A stretch of 64,000 bases of DNA from Strigamia acuminata (Eukaryota): positions 5,704,001 to 5,768,000 of the forward strand of contig OX442314.1 in NCBI GenBank assembly GCA_949358305.1, written 5' to 3'. Below, in pieces: positions 44,963-56,800 of the stretch. Made by a program: the position numbers and the translations under genes. Position 1 is the stretch's first letter. Each line of letters starts with the position of its first letter. The notes beneath the pieces are model-generated. The model ran no database searches. It worked only from the letters and a program-made list of their open reading frames with translations, and had not been told where the DNA came from.

Positions 44963-47827
44963 ATGGAGCTCCGAGACACATGGGGAGCGCTCAGCCCCGC
45001 ATGCATAGTGCGAGCGGGCATATATCGAGGCGTACTGCCCGATTTTCTGCGCCGCTGCTTTGGCGAAGATGCGAAGCCATACCGCCTGCGCGTATTATTT
45101 TCGCGCGCCCTCGCCAAGCGTTGGGTTAACGATTGTACACTCCTGGACGCGTTCCCGGAGTCGGTGCGAAACGTCGTCGCTGCAGAGCTCGCTCGCATCG
45201 ATGACCCGAAGTCACCAATCTTCCACCCGGCCCTGTCGAGCCAATACTCCGGCAGGCCGGCGGAGGAGCATGTGTTGTTCGCGTGGCAAGCGGCCGAGAC
45301 CGAGGAGGCCCGCGAAGAAGTGTATCAACACTACCGCCAGCAGCTAATCGACACTGCGCCGGCGGTTGCAGAGCGGATTTTGCAAGACGACGGAATGAGC
45401 ACCGCCGATATACATCTGTGGTGCGAGCAGATTCGGCAGGGAGAAGTTACGCCACAGTGGCGACCGAGAATGGGGATTCTCACGTCACAAGCTGAAATGT
45501 GGCAACTCCACTATTTGGGAATTCTCGGCCCCAAATATAATTTCCCAAGGAAGCGCAAGCGCTCCAAGGGAACCGGGGGCAGCGAATCGCGCTCCCCGGG
45601 ACGGTCGAAGAAACAGTGCGTCGAACAGCACTCGACCGTCAACGATGGAGCGGGAACGTCAGCGCAGCCACCGCGCGACCCCGCGAATTACACCAGACCA
45701 AGGGTGTTCGTCAACCGTCAGATGAAAGACGGTAAAGAGACTCGAGAAGTCTGGATTTCGGGTGACGAAGAGCGAGTCTCTCGTCCCCGTGTCGGCAGAC
45801 ATCCGCTAACTCATCGTGAGCAGCGGAAACGAGACCGCAAAGAGCGGTATTTCGCTCGCTGCGAGGCGCGAGGAATTCCCCTTCCCGAACACGCTCTCAA
45901 AGCAATCGAAGCGAAGGAAGCGAGAGAGGCACGATCGAAGTCGAGTGGCCGATCTTCCGGGGAGCGTCGCGTCCTAGCGCCAGACACGCGGGACCTTCGC
46001 GAGATCATCACCCAGATGAAACGCAAGAAATTGTCTCGTTTCGACCCCGCGATGCAGTTCGCTCGCAAGATGGGCGTCGTCGAGCATGGTACCGTGATTC
46101 CACACGAAGTGGCACGGTGGTTAAGCGAATATGTCAATTCGCGACCGCGTGTAGAAAACGCGCCTACGGCCGTCGTTCCACCGACGAGTACTGTAAGCCA
46201 GCTCCCGGCACTCCAAGTCACGCCGACTGGAGTGCAAGCGACGCTGCCACCGCCAACACAACAGTCTTTGACGTTGCTGTTGCCGACGCAGTCATCAACG
46301 TCGCAACCGTTGCCAGCACAGCAGTCCCTGACGCTGCCGCCGCCGACACAGCCGCTGCCGCCGCCGACGCAGCCCCCGCCGCCGCCGCCGATGCCGGGTT
46401 CGAGTACTACGCCGAACTTGGCCGTCGACGACTCGGTGATGTTGCCCGTTCACCAGAGCATTGCGCGGGAATGCCATAACGCCCGCTTCGGAGAATATTA
46501 CCCGAGCAAGGCAAGACACGACCGCACCGCGATGTGGTATGAACAGCGTGACGAAAACGCACGGCTGGCTCGAGAAGCAGCCAATCCGTCGATCGAAGAG
46601 CTCTTGGCCTTCGCATTTGTGATGGAGGACCCGAGGGCCGCCGCCGCTGCTCTGCAGGGCGCCGACGTCACTCAGCGCCATTTCATCGAGTGGGGGATTT
46701 CGATGATGCGGCACCACTCGCGCGCGTTCGCTGCAGATCCTGATCGCAGCAACCCTGTAAATCGGCGCAGTCTACAGCTGGCTTTGACGAAAATCATGGT
46801 CCAGTTATTGACCCCCTCGCTCTTTGGGGTCGGACGACAAGCGATGGCCTGTTGGTCCGTAGTCGACAGAGAGGGTGTGCAGATACCTCGCGCACTCGTT
46901 GGGGAATGGAGCGCCATTCTCCCCAACCCGGCGATGACTCGCTTCGAGCTGACCCGGGACGTGGTGAACCCCGAATGGGAGGGGTATAAGTTGCGGAGCA
47001 TGGCCTTCCGCCACGCCGTTACCACGTGGGAGCCAACACCGTCAGCGCAGTCACACGCAATGATGGTCACGAGTGAAGAGCCGATGGAGAGCGACGCCGC
47101 CTCTTCGACTGCTTCACGTGGAGCCCCAACTCCACCTCCGCCGCCGCCACCGATGCCACCAGCGGCGACACCACAGACACCCGTCCTATCAAATGCGGCG
47201 GGTAAGCCCAGACGCTTGTTATGTCGGACGCCACCAACGATGTCCGCCGCTCGCCAGAGCCTGACGCCTCCCGCAGCCCAACAAGCGCGGGAAGAGACTG
47301 TCCAACAAGCGGTAGTTCCGAAGAGCGCCAAGCCAGCGAAAGCGGCGAAGCTTCAGACGAACTATTATGAGAAGTTGTGTGACGAGTTCTCTCAGCTGTC
47401 GATGACGACGGCGACGCGCAAATTCATCCTCGCGCAGAGAGACAAGGGGAAATCGGTATTCGTTTGGCTACACAACCAGGTGCGCCAGACCACCGATTTG
47501 ATCCTCCATCAGCGTTTGCTGAGGGCCCACCGTGCGCCTCGAACGGCCGCGGAGGCGAACGCGATCCGGCACACCAATTCCGGGTTTTCGGCGTTCATTC
47601 CGCGGGTTTGGCTGCATGAGAGGAGACGTGCCCCGTACGAGCCAGCCGGCGGCCACGCATTGTGCTTCATTTCCGAGCACGAGGACCCCCGCGACCAGTC
47701 TTCAGCCTTGGTTGGAGATCTGGTTTTGCCGCCCGGCGTTGTGCCGCCCGGCGCTGAGCCGCCCGTCCCTGGAGTGAGTTTCGCCCAGGCGATGGATCCA
47801 GCGTCGGGTCCCAGCAAGAAGGATTGA
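44963..47827 (+). CDS. Element B ORF3, main exon; uncharacterised non-Env protein (~985 aa spliced)
   Basis: Acceptor TTTCCATCATTGCAG|ATG at 44962; homology to A ORF3 begins exactly here. Confidence 0.8.
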   Translation: MELRDTWGALSPACIVRAGIYRGVLPDFLRRCFGEDAKPYRLRVLFSRALAKRWVNDCTLLDAFPESVRNVVAAELARIDDPKSPIFHPALSSQYSGRPAEEHVLFAWQAAETEEAREEVYQHYRQQLIDTAPAVAERILQDDGMSTADIHLWCEQIRQGEVTPQWRPRMGILTSQAEMWQLHYLGILGPKYNFPRKRKRSKGTGGSESRSPGRSKKQCVEQHSTVNDGAGTSAQPPRDPANYTRPRVFVNRQMKDGKETREVWISGDEERVSRPRVGRHPLTHREQRKRDRKERYFARCEARGIPLPEHALKAIEAKEAREARSKSSGRSSGERRVLAPDTRDLREIITQMKRKKLSRFDPAMQFARKMGVVEHGTVIPHEVARWLSEYVNSRPRVENAPTAVVPPTSTVSQLPALQVTPTGVQATLPPPTQQSLTLLLPTQSSTSQPLPAQQSLTLPPPTQPLPPPTQPPPPPPMPGSSTTPNLAVDDSVMLPVHQSIARECHNARFGEYYPSKARHDRTAMWYEQRDENARLAREAANPSIEELLAFAFVMEDPRAAAAALQGADVTQRHFIEWGISMMRHHSRAFAADPDRSNPVNRRSLQLALTKIMVQLLTPSLFGVGRQAMACWSVVDREGVQIPRALVGEWSAILPNPAMTRFELTRDVVNPEWEGYKLRSMAFRHAVTTWEPTPSAQSHAMMVTSEEPMESDAASSTASRGAPTPPPPPPPMPPAATPQTPVLSNAAGKPRRLLCRTPPTMSAARQSLTPPAAQQAREETVQQAVVPKSAKPAKAAKLQTNYYEKLCDEFSQLSMTTATRKFILAQRDKGKSVFVWLHNQVRQTTDLILHQRLLRAHRAPRTAAEANAIRHTNSGFSAFIPRVWLHERRRAPYEPAGGHALCFISEHEDPRDQSSALVGDLVLPPGVVPPGAEPPVPGVSFAQAMDPASGPSKKD

Positions 47828-47866
47828 TCGCTCCGAACACCGGCGGTCAGAGCTGGGAGGGGGACG

Positions 47867-48862
47867 TGTGGTGACCCGACTGGGGTGGGGCACGAAGAGT
47901 TTCTCTCGTGGCCTACATACGGGTAAAGAAGGGGAGTCGCACGCGCGCCTCCCTTCCCTCAGAGCATTGACATCCAGTCAATGGACGGGCGTCTGCCCTG
48001 GGGGAGTGGGGGAGATTCGTCTTCTCCACTATTGGGTGGCTTTAGTCACCTGTCACCCCCCGCTTTGTGCAAAGGAATTCGCCTTGCACTGAGCGGGCAG
48101 AACCAACACAAAAATCAACCAAGATACACGTAAAAGCCAAACGTCCTAAAACGATCAAGCCTAAGTACAAAGACTTCAGGAGTGACCTAGGACAAGGGAC
48201 TTTCAACGTGAGTACGATTGATTTGTGTTAACCTCCGCAGAGTAACCTGCGAAACAAGATTACCACACTATTTTAGCAAGCCAGCTAGAAATAGTAAACC
48301 TACTCCAATTTAGCGAGTTGTGCAGACAAACGGTCGCACAAGCCTAAATTGCAGTAACCACGACGAGCGTTCCCGCCGCTGTGTGTATCGCCGGGAACCA
48401 CCAAGCGTCCGCCGCTGTGTGATCGCCGGACACCTACAAAAAACCCTAAACCTAGACAACAGACCAGAAGTAAGACCTTTCAGGCATTCACTCGCGCCCG
48501 ACCAGCGTGAGCCCGAAGGACCGAACGAGAAACGTGAGACGAGGACGCCATTCATTGCCACGCCGGCCCAAGACGACACCACGTTGCCACGCGGACGCCA
48601 TCTTGGATCCACAGCGACAAAGGACGACCTCGACCAGTTTCCCGCCAACTTCACACCCCTTTCCTTTTACCTTTTTATTCCCTTACATATTTTATTCCCT
48701 TTTAACTGTATATTCCCGTATAATAAATACATTTATTATATTTACCTTTTACATTGTCTTGCCGTGTTACATTATTTGGGTAACCGCTTGAGTAAAGCGG
48801 TATTGCGAGATCAGAGAGTGACTCATACCACGTATCAGCGACAGACCGAGTTGAGCGCGACA
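47867..48862 (+). repeat. Element B 3' LTR
   Basis: Preceded by PPT GGGAGGGGGA (47855-47864). Confidence 0.97.
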
Positions 48863-50875
48863 AAGTGTGTGGATTGTTTCGGATATTTCAACCAGTAGAA
48901 TTATGGATATTTTGGACCAGATTTTCAAGGAAAAGCATGTGAAGTGCACCAGATGACTTCACAAACCTTTCAACTTCTTGAAAACATCATTTTTGAAGAT
49001 TTTCTTGATTTATTTGAATTTTTGAATTTTTTTTTGAATTTATTCATTGAATATTATTGTAAACTAGCTTAGTGTTGTGTTAGCATTTTACTCACCTAAT
49101 TATAAGAGCGCTACTAATCTGCAAACATTGAACCTCGTTTGTGTGTAATTTATGTTTTGAGCATTTCCACTGGGCAGTGGATTTTTTTTTAGTGAAAATA
49201 GTACTTTTTCAACATTAATATTTTTATTTTTATAAAGAGTTAATTTTTTAGTAAATATATTGGATTAAATTAAATTAAATTTAATAAATTAAATAAAATA
49301 TGTTTTTTTTTGTGAATATATTAAAGTAAGTTAATTTTTTTGTGAACATATTAAATTAATATTTTTTAAATAAATGAATGTTTTTCTGTAAATATCAAAA
49401 AATACATGAGTGCTATTTAGTAAATATTTTTTTAAAAAAATGCATGCTTTTTAACAGATTTTAAAACATATTTTTTATATATGTAAAAATGGATAAAATA
49501 AATCATTAAAAACTAGGTAAAAATCATGAAAAACTGGGTGAAAATCGTAAAAAATCGTGAAAAACAAGATAAAAATTGTGAAAACCTCGGTAAATATCGT
49601 GTAAAATCGTGAAAAACGATAAAAATCATGTAAAATCGTGAAAAACTGGGTAAAAATCGTGAAAGCCTCGGTAAAAATCGTCAAAAACTGTAAAAATCGT
49701 CAAAAATCGTCAAAAACTGGGTGAAAAGTTTTGAAAAGCTTGTAAAAAATCATGAAAATAAGCAGATTATGATTTTTCAAATTTCGATTATCATCTGATG
49801 ATGTAAATTGCATCATTTCCTGTGACTGTTAAGTCAAATCAGTCAAATCAGTCAAATCAGTTGTGACGATTCTACTTTTGGGCTAATTTATTAGTCCTTT
49901 TGAGATAGATAATTCGGTTTATACAAGACGTTGCTAAGTTTAGCAACAACCTAACCGAGATAAGCTACGGAAGTCTTTACCAACATGAATATGTGATCCA
50001 ATAGAAATAACTTACAGTTTTAGTGTGATATAACATATTTATTAATAAATATTACTGATAACAAAGATGGGTTCTTGACGCGTGTAAACGGGCGGCATCA
50101 ACTGGTTGAGGATCCGGGCGAAGCCAGAGGGATACGGCTGACTTGCGGCATCGTCACAAATATCGCTACGGAGACGTGTTTGGTCCGCAGCTCGAGTATC
50201 TAATAATGCGAAGAGTCCTTCGCATAAGTGGGAATATTCAGCAGAATATTCCATGTTCCAAATGAATAAAGTAAAATAATTAGTGGAATACAACAAATGA
50301 ATTGTTGTATAAATATTAATTGGGCGGGGACCGTCACGACAATTGAGAGAACGTCGCGGGAGTTGGTGAGACTCCATCCGCCAGCATGCCTTACGACGAC
50401 AAGATCTCGTGATCAGGCGCCGAGTATTTAATTGTGTGCTTTAACTCGCTATCGGTGGTACCAACCACCAGGCAAACATTTCTATGGACTTACCGGGTTT
50501 AAAAGATATTGCCAATACAGGATTACCAATGCCCGAGTAATTTGTTTAACACGACATATTTTATATATCGTTCACGGGTTACTAACCCGGAGGGTACAAT
50601 GGGGCGGGGACCGTCACGACAGTCGAGAGAACCATCGCGGGAGGATTTAACTCCTCCATCCGCCAGCATGCCTTACGATGACGGGATCCATTGATCGAGC
50701 ACCGGGTAAAATATTAATCGGCCACTGCCAATGGATTACCATTATCCAGGTAGTTATTTATCGCAACATCTTGAAGATATTACTCACGGGCTACCAACCC
50801 GGCGTGTCACCTGTGCATTAGGCCTTTACCGACTTTTAACGAACGGAAGGACCAATCGTAGAAAGACGGGAACCT

Positions 50876-53800
50876 TATGACGGTTTACAATGGCTATAAA
50901 TGCCTATTTTCTATCAAGAAAGCGCTGTTGCGCCAATATGATGGTATTTTTACAATATTCTGTGTAAAACTGATAAATGTCTAGAATAAAGTCATTTATG
51001 ATGTTTCAAATACAAAGATGTTCGTTTATTAAGAATAAACACTAATTTCCACATGATACTAAAGTATCACGGCATAATTACGAAGATTCGTCTGCTAAAA
51101 CCCGCATTTGTCAATGCTCCATATTGCCACTAGATGGCGCGATCGCAATTAGCGATAAATTCGAATACGAACTTGAAAACCTCATGATTAAATATAAACG
51201 TATATTTAATCAAGTGAATAAATTGTGTTAAATATTAATATAAATATATATTAAATATCTGACATTGTTAAATACAATGTAACTTCCATTTCTGCGGGAC
51301 AGAATGTTTAGCGATCAATCGGTCAACCGATCAATCTGATTGGTGGAACCCATTTCCGGTCCTGGGTATCCAGTTCCGGTTGTAACAAGGATTAGCATAA
51401 TTTGCATAAATGCTCCTCCGTATCCACTTCCGGTGATACGGGATTGGAGGGATTCGTGGAACCCATGTTCCAATTGGATGACTGGATTAATCCTTAAATC
51501 CAGTCAGGTTATATAAACCCAAACAATCGGCCATTCCGCAGCTCTGTTTGATTATTTTCTGTTTGGTATTGTTACTTAAGAAATATGATTCGTTGTTCAC
51601 GTAAAAAACCTTTTGGTTCTTTGTTGATTTATTCGCAAAGAACCGTTGCATGATTCTACAGAATCATGCCACCGCCGGCAATTGAAGTCGAAGTGCTGGG
51701 ATTATTATGTTGCATAAATGTTACAGTCTACGGTTGCGACGCCGAAGGAGAACCCGCCGTTGTGCAATTCAGTATCCTCCGGACAGGACCAAGTTGTCTT
51801 TTTCGGTATGAACGTATTCCGTTACCACGAGTAGCATCGGTATTGTTGAGAATTGGTTCCTTCACCTGATGGTGCCAAAGCAGTCTGTTTTACAGTAACC
51901 ACGAGTAGCACCAAGTGTTTGGCAAGCTGATTCTCATGGTATTCGATGCCAAAGTAGTCGGTCTATTATTAGTACCGCGAGAGATAAAACTGCTGTGCGG
52001 AGCCGCGAGCTATCGACCCCTGTGTACGTGGTGCCGTCAATCGCTAGACGAACGACCGTGCTGCGACGCCGGGGACGCTTGATACCGTTCTGCATGGCAA
52101 GGCGTATAAATCTTTCGACGGCAATTGTGTGTTGCGACGGGAAGCCTAATCTTCATTTTATTTATAACAGCTAAATATTAACTTGGCGACAAGTTGATTA
52201 ACCAAGTCAGAAGACTTAACTACGATCACGATTACATCAAGACGCAAATGTAACCGATAAGTTGACGACAACTTATCCACAAAATATCTGAATAAGAATT
52301 CACAACGATATGAATTAAGTATAATTCATAAGCGGAATATTGATAAGTAAATGAATACATTTACTTACACCAATATCCTCCCAAAGTTGTGGCGGTGCAG
52401 ACAAAGTCAACCGCAATGCTCAGATCATTCGATTTATCGACGTGCGATAATTTACACAGCGAACCAAGGAAACCAGCGAAGCCATATCGGACTCCAGGAC
52501 ACAGCCATCCGGCTTAGATGACATCTGTAAACCAGGTCGAGCGATGGGGAAACCGCTCCCTTATCCCAGACACGTAATGATATTATTATAAAGCCATTTG
52601 GCTAACTTGTTGTATAGTTTAAATAGTCAGTTAACTTGCCAAATGTTGGCATTAGTCTTATGTATAATTTAGCTCACTGCATATTGTTTGCCAACAATAA
52701 ACTGTCTTGTATTTATCTCGTATTGTATTCACTGTTTATTTATTGCGATCTCTTCCCGGTACCATTGTTAAATGGGAGTTGTGGTCGTCACCGTCACACG
52801 TGGAGGTCCCACCGAGATTAGGTTGCAATTAAATTCGATTGAATTGCAACAGTGAATATTGGAGATAAATATTTAACTAAAAGATTTAAGTTAAAAATAG
52901 ACAGATTAAATTCTCAGTTTATATTTCCATGTGAAGAAGTTAAACTGATGAAATAGAAATGTGTAGTAGATTTTCCTTCATTATTTTCGTTCGAAGATTT
53001 AAGGGATTTCAAAGACTACCACCTAATCTCACACGTGGAGGTCCCACCGAGATTAGGTTGCAATTAAATTCGATAGAATTGTAAAAGTGAATTTTGAGAT
53101 AAATATTTAACTAAAAGATTTAGTTAAAAAACAGACAAGTTTCAAACCATGTTTATTTTCTTGAGAAACACCAAAACAGTCCTTTAACTAGGAATTTCGG
53201 AAGTTATAGACCTATCACACGATCACTGAAATAGGTTGCAAATTAATTCGATCGAATTGCAAAAGCGAATCTTGAATCCGATATTAACTAAAAAATTTTA
53301 GTTAAAACAGACAAATAGATTTTCAGTTTATATTTTCATGTGAAAAGTTAAACTGACGAAATGGAAACGTTTAGTGAACTCTCTTTACTATTTTCGTTCG
53401 ACAATTTAAGGAATACGAAGTATTTTAAATAAGAAATCAAAAAAGTTTCGAGTGAAATAAGAATACAGATATTTTTTTTTCGAAGTTTGTTTTATTTCGA
53501 AAAGCTAAAAACATACAAGTTTAGAAGGCGGACTTCTTACGAATTTATCTTTCCACCTGAAAAGTTAAAACGAAGAAAACACCGCAACTATTTGGAAATA
53601 TTTACAAGAAATTAAGTTTCTTGTAACTGTACGTCGACACCGATAGCCAGCGACCACGCGCCATAGCAATACGCGTCGATCTCCGTATCAAACGCAGCAG
53701 GGAAGCTACTCAAACCTTCAATGCAAGGTGCGAACGAATGCTTGGAAATTATGGCGGACAACAGATAAAAGACAGCGGAGAAATGTTACAGAAGGTTCGT

Positions 53801-56800
53801 AGAGATTTATTTAAGTGTCGCGAACTAATTTTTCCACTGCCATCGGTACCGAAGATAATTTAGTTGTTGAAGAAAAACAACACACTCCATTTCGCAGAAA
53901 AGATTTGCAAATCGAAATGAATATTACCTTTATTTGAAGGAATTAACTATTTTCACAAAAAGTACATTTTTTCCTTCGGGACAATGGAAATTAAGAAAAT
54001 ATAAAATGGCGGCGAATGAAGTTGCCGACCACGTAGAATAGTATTTTTTACATTGAAAGTTACGAATCACGATAAACGCTTTCCCTCGGAAAAGTAAAAG
54101 GATTTCATTCAATCTTTCCTTTCGGAAATTTAACAGTGTTTTAAGTTTCCAACGATATTTGGGTCTCCCAAATTTTGAGAATTTCTAAATGAAATTTAGC
54201 TGTTTGAAAAACAACGAATATTTTTAGTAATCTAATCGGACATTTTCCCACATGATTTCTTAAAACCGGAATAACAAATCCATTTGTGGCTATGAACTTT
54301 GCCACATGAAATATTTACGGAGCGAATATTTTTTGATTGGATTGAAGCTTTAAAATCAGATAGCTGATTTAAACGAAGAAAATAAGTTTCAAAGTAATTA
54401 TTTTTCTTTCGGAAAAATCAAATAAATCACCGCTGATGAAAAGTTGTATTTTTCCATTCGAAAAAACTAAGAATTGCACAAGATTTATCTTCTATTTTGA
54501 ACATAGATTTTATTCGGAAAAGGAAAGATTCTAGATACATTATTTTTCTCTAAAAATTAAGAATTTAGTCAATTTTCCTAAAGGTTAATGGAATGTCATC
54601 ATATATTTCGTTCGTAATTTACGTGTTAAAGTTTAATCAGAAAAACGATTGAATATGTTTTATTTGCGATAAGTAAAAGAAAGGTTCTTTAAAAATGGAA
54701 TTTCGATGCAAATCCCACAGTAAAGGGAATGTTATGTGTGAGCAATTAACGAAAAGTTGGAATAACTTCATTTTATTTCATTCAAAAGTAGTTGTGAAAA
54801 ATCAATTTCAAATATTTTTCAAAGAAAAATTATTTTTATCGGAAAAAAGTAATTTACATGTCCTCGCGCGGACCGAGTAGTAAACTGCTTAATTGTGACA
54901 TCGATACTGTTATTGTGTCACGTGTTATACGGAATTCCAAACCAGTGAATTACGAATTTTGGCGCGATAGGAATAGAAGTTTGACAGTGAAAGTTCTCCA
55001 GATTTGTCTTTTCATTTGAAAAGTTCAAATTGAGGAAATGCTGCAGCAGATGAAGGTATTTACGACAATTGAGATTTAAATATTCTTTCATTCAAAAGAT
55101 AAAAGATCTCTGCAAAAACATCTCGTTATTAGAGATAAGGGGGACGAAAATTATTAAAACGAATAATCAAAGACACGTCCTTCGTAAATATCGCAAAGGA
55201 ATAACTAATTGTGAAAACAATTGTCCGCTCAGGAAAAGTGGAATTTAGCTAGATATTTTCTTTCGAAAAATCACAGCAATTGTCATCAAAAAAGAAAGAT
55301 TTGATGAATAATTTTTACCCAAAAGTCTAAAGGATTGTCGAATAGTTTTCTCCCGAAAAACAAGTACACATTTGTACCAATAACTTTATCGTTTAAAGTA
55401 AAATTTCGAATATTTTCTTTTGGAAGATTAGAGAATTAGATAATTTTTCTCGCAAAACAAATTTAAAGAATTTTAACGAATTTTTATTTGTTAAAAAAAT
55501 TTGTTAAAAAAGGGGGAGATGGATGGTGAAAATTTATTTTTTCACACTCGAAAAATGGAATTTAAACCCGAAAAAGTAAAGACTTGGTCAAATTATTCTT
55601 CCTATTGGAAATGAATACACAATGTTGGGAATCGAAAATAGATTTCAATTACAAAGGAATGATTATTTGAACGATAATTGAATAAGAATAAGAAAAATTG
55701 AGAGTTTGAGAAAACTTTATTAAAACTGTGGTTGTAATGATATTACACACTAAACGGAATAATCAAAGAAAAATATTTTTTGAAGAAAAGTTATTTAATT
55801 ATTTGGATTGGTAAAAATCCCAAAGTTCAAGAAGATTGAAGTAAGTTTATTTTATTTTCATTTGAAAAATACAATATTTTACGAATGTCTTCCCGAAGGA
55901 ATTTTATTTTATCGGTAAAATTGAATCTCGAAGGGAACGGACTTAGTAGAGAACTACTAAATAGATGTAACGTCCTTTATACCATTGGCCGACACTAACA
56001 TCCGCCAATCAGAAGTTGGGAGATCTAGGGATCCCCAGCCCCCTGCTATTAAAGGAGGACCAGATCAGATACTGATCATTCGCATCCAGACCAGACCAGA
56101 AGACGTGTTCCAGAGTCATCTTGACCACGCCGTCCCGATTTCAGTCACGATTCGAATTTTGTGTGCCGTGTAACCTGCAAAAGCTAACACGTGTCAAACA
56201 AACGCGAAGTTTAATTTTATTTTGTCAAAAGTAAAGTTTAGAAGTGTTTCTTGTTGAAAAGTGTATTATATTCGTCTTCTTTATAAATTAAAGAATTAAA
56301 ATCGTCAGATTTTGAATTTTTTTATGGCTCAAAAACCATTGAATATGATCGATCCAAAAGGAAATAATAAGCAGACAAACTTAAATTTAAGTTCTGTACC
56401 ACTTGGCGATCAAACAGAAAAGATTCCCGATCATTTTACTCTGTATTGTAATCGTCATGGACTGGATAAAACCAAGTTTAAAAATATAATCGAAGCTTCA
56501 GACTATGTATAAGCTAGGAACTGGCGAGATCGTACCCAATCTCAATCTTCACATCAAGATCCAGTACGGAATCCACAAACATACAGCCGAAACTTAGTGA
56601 ATCAAGATTCTCATACTATGTTTCAAACATCCAGTAGGGGATCTAAGTTAGAAAAGTTTAAACCACCTAATTCGGTAGATAAGGGGGAAGAGAATTATAA
56701 ACCTAATAATTCTCATCCAGAGAGTTCGTTAACTAACCAGTCGGTTGTTCAGAACAAATTAAAACTCGTTTACAATCGAGATCAGCTAATTTCAGTTCGA

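Larger units (their letters stand above)
25913..48862 (+). mobile_element. Element B: Ty3/Gypsy LTR retrotransposon related to A, gag disrupted by element C
   Basis: 996-bp LTRs; TSD AAGT (25909-25912, 48863-48866); PBS, PPT, gag/pol/ORF3. Confidence 0.97.
25205..49828. mobile_element. Putative ~1.7-kb TIR DNA element interrupted by element B
   Basis: TIRs CAGCCACAGGAAATGATGTAATTTACATCA / TGATGTAAATTGCATCATTTCCTGTGACTG; flanks TTAC and TTAA; contains a 31-bp array (25607-25697) and a 10-bp AAAATCGTGA array (~49500-49750). Confidence 0.6.
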
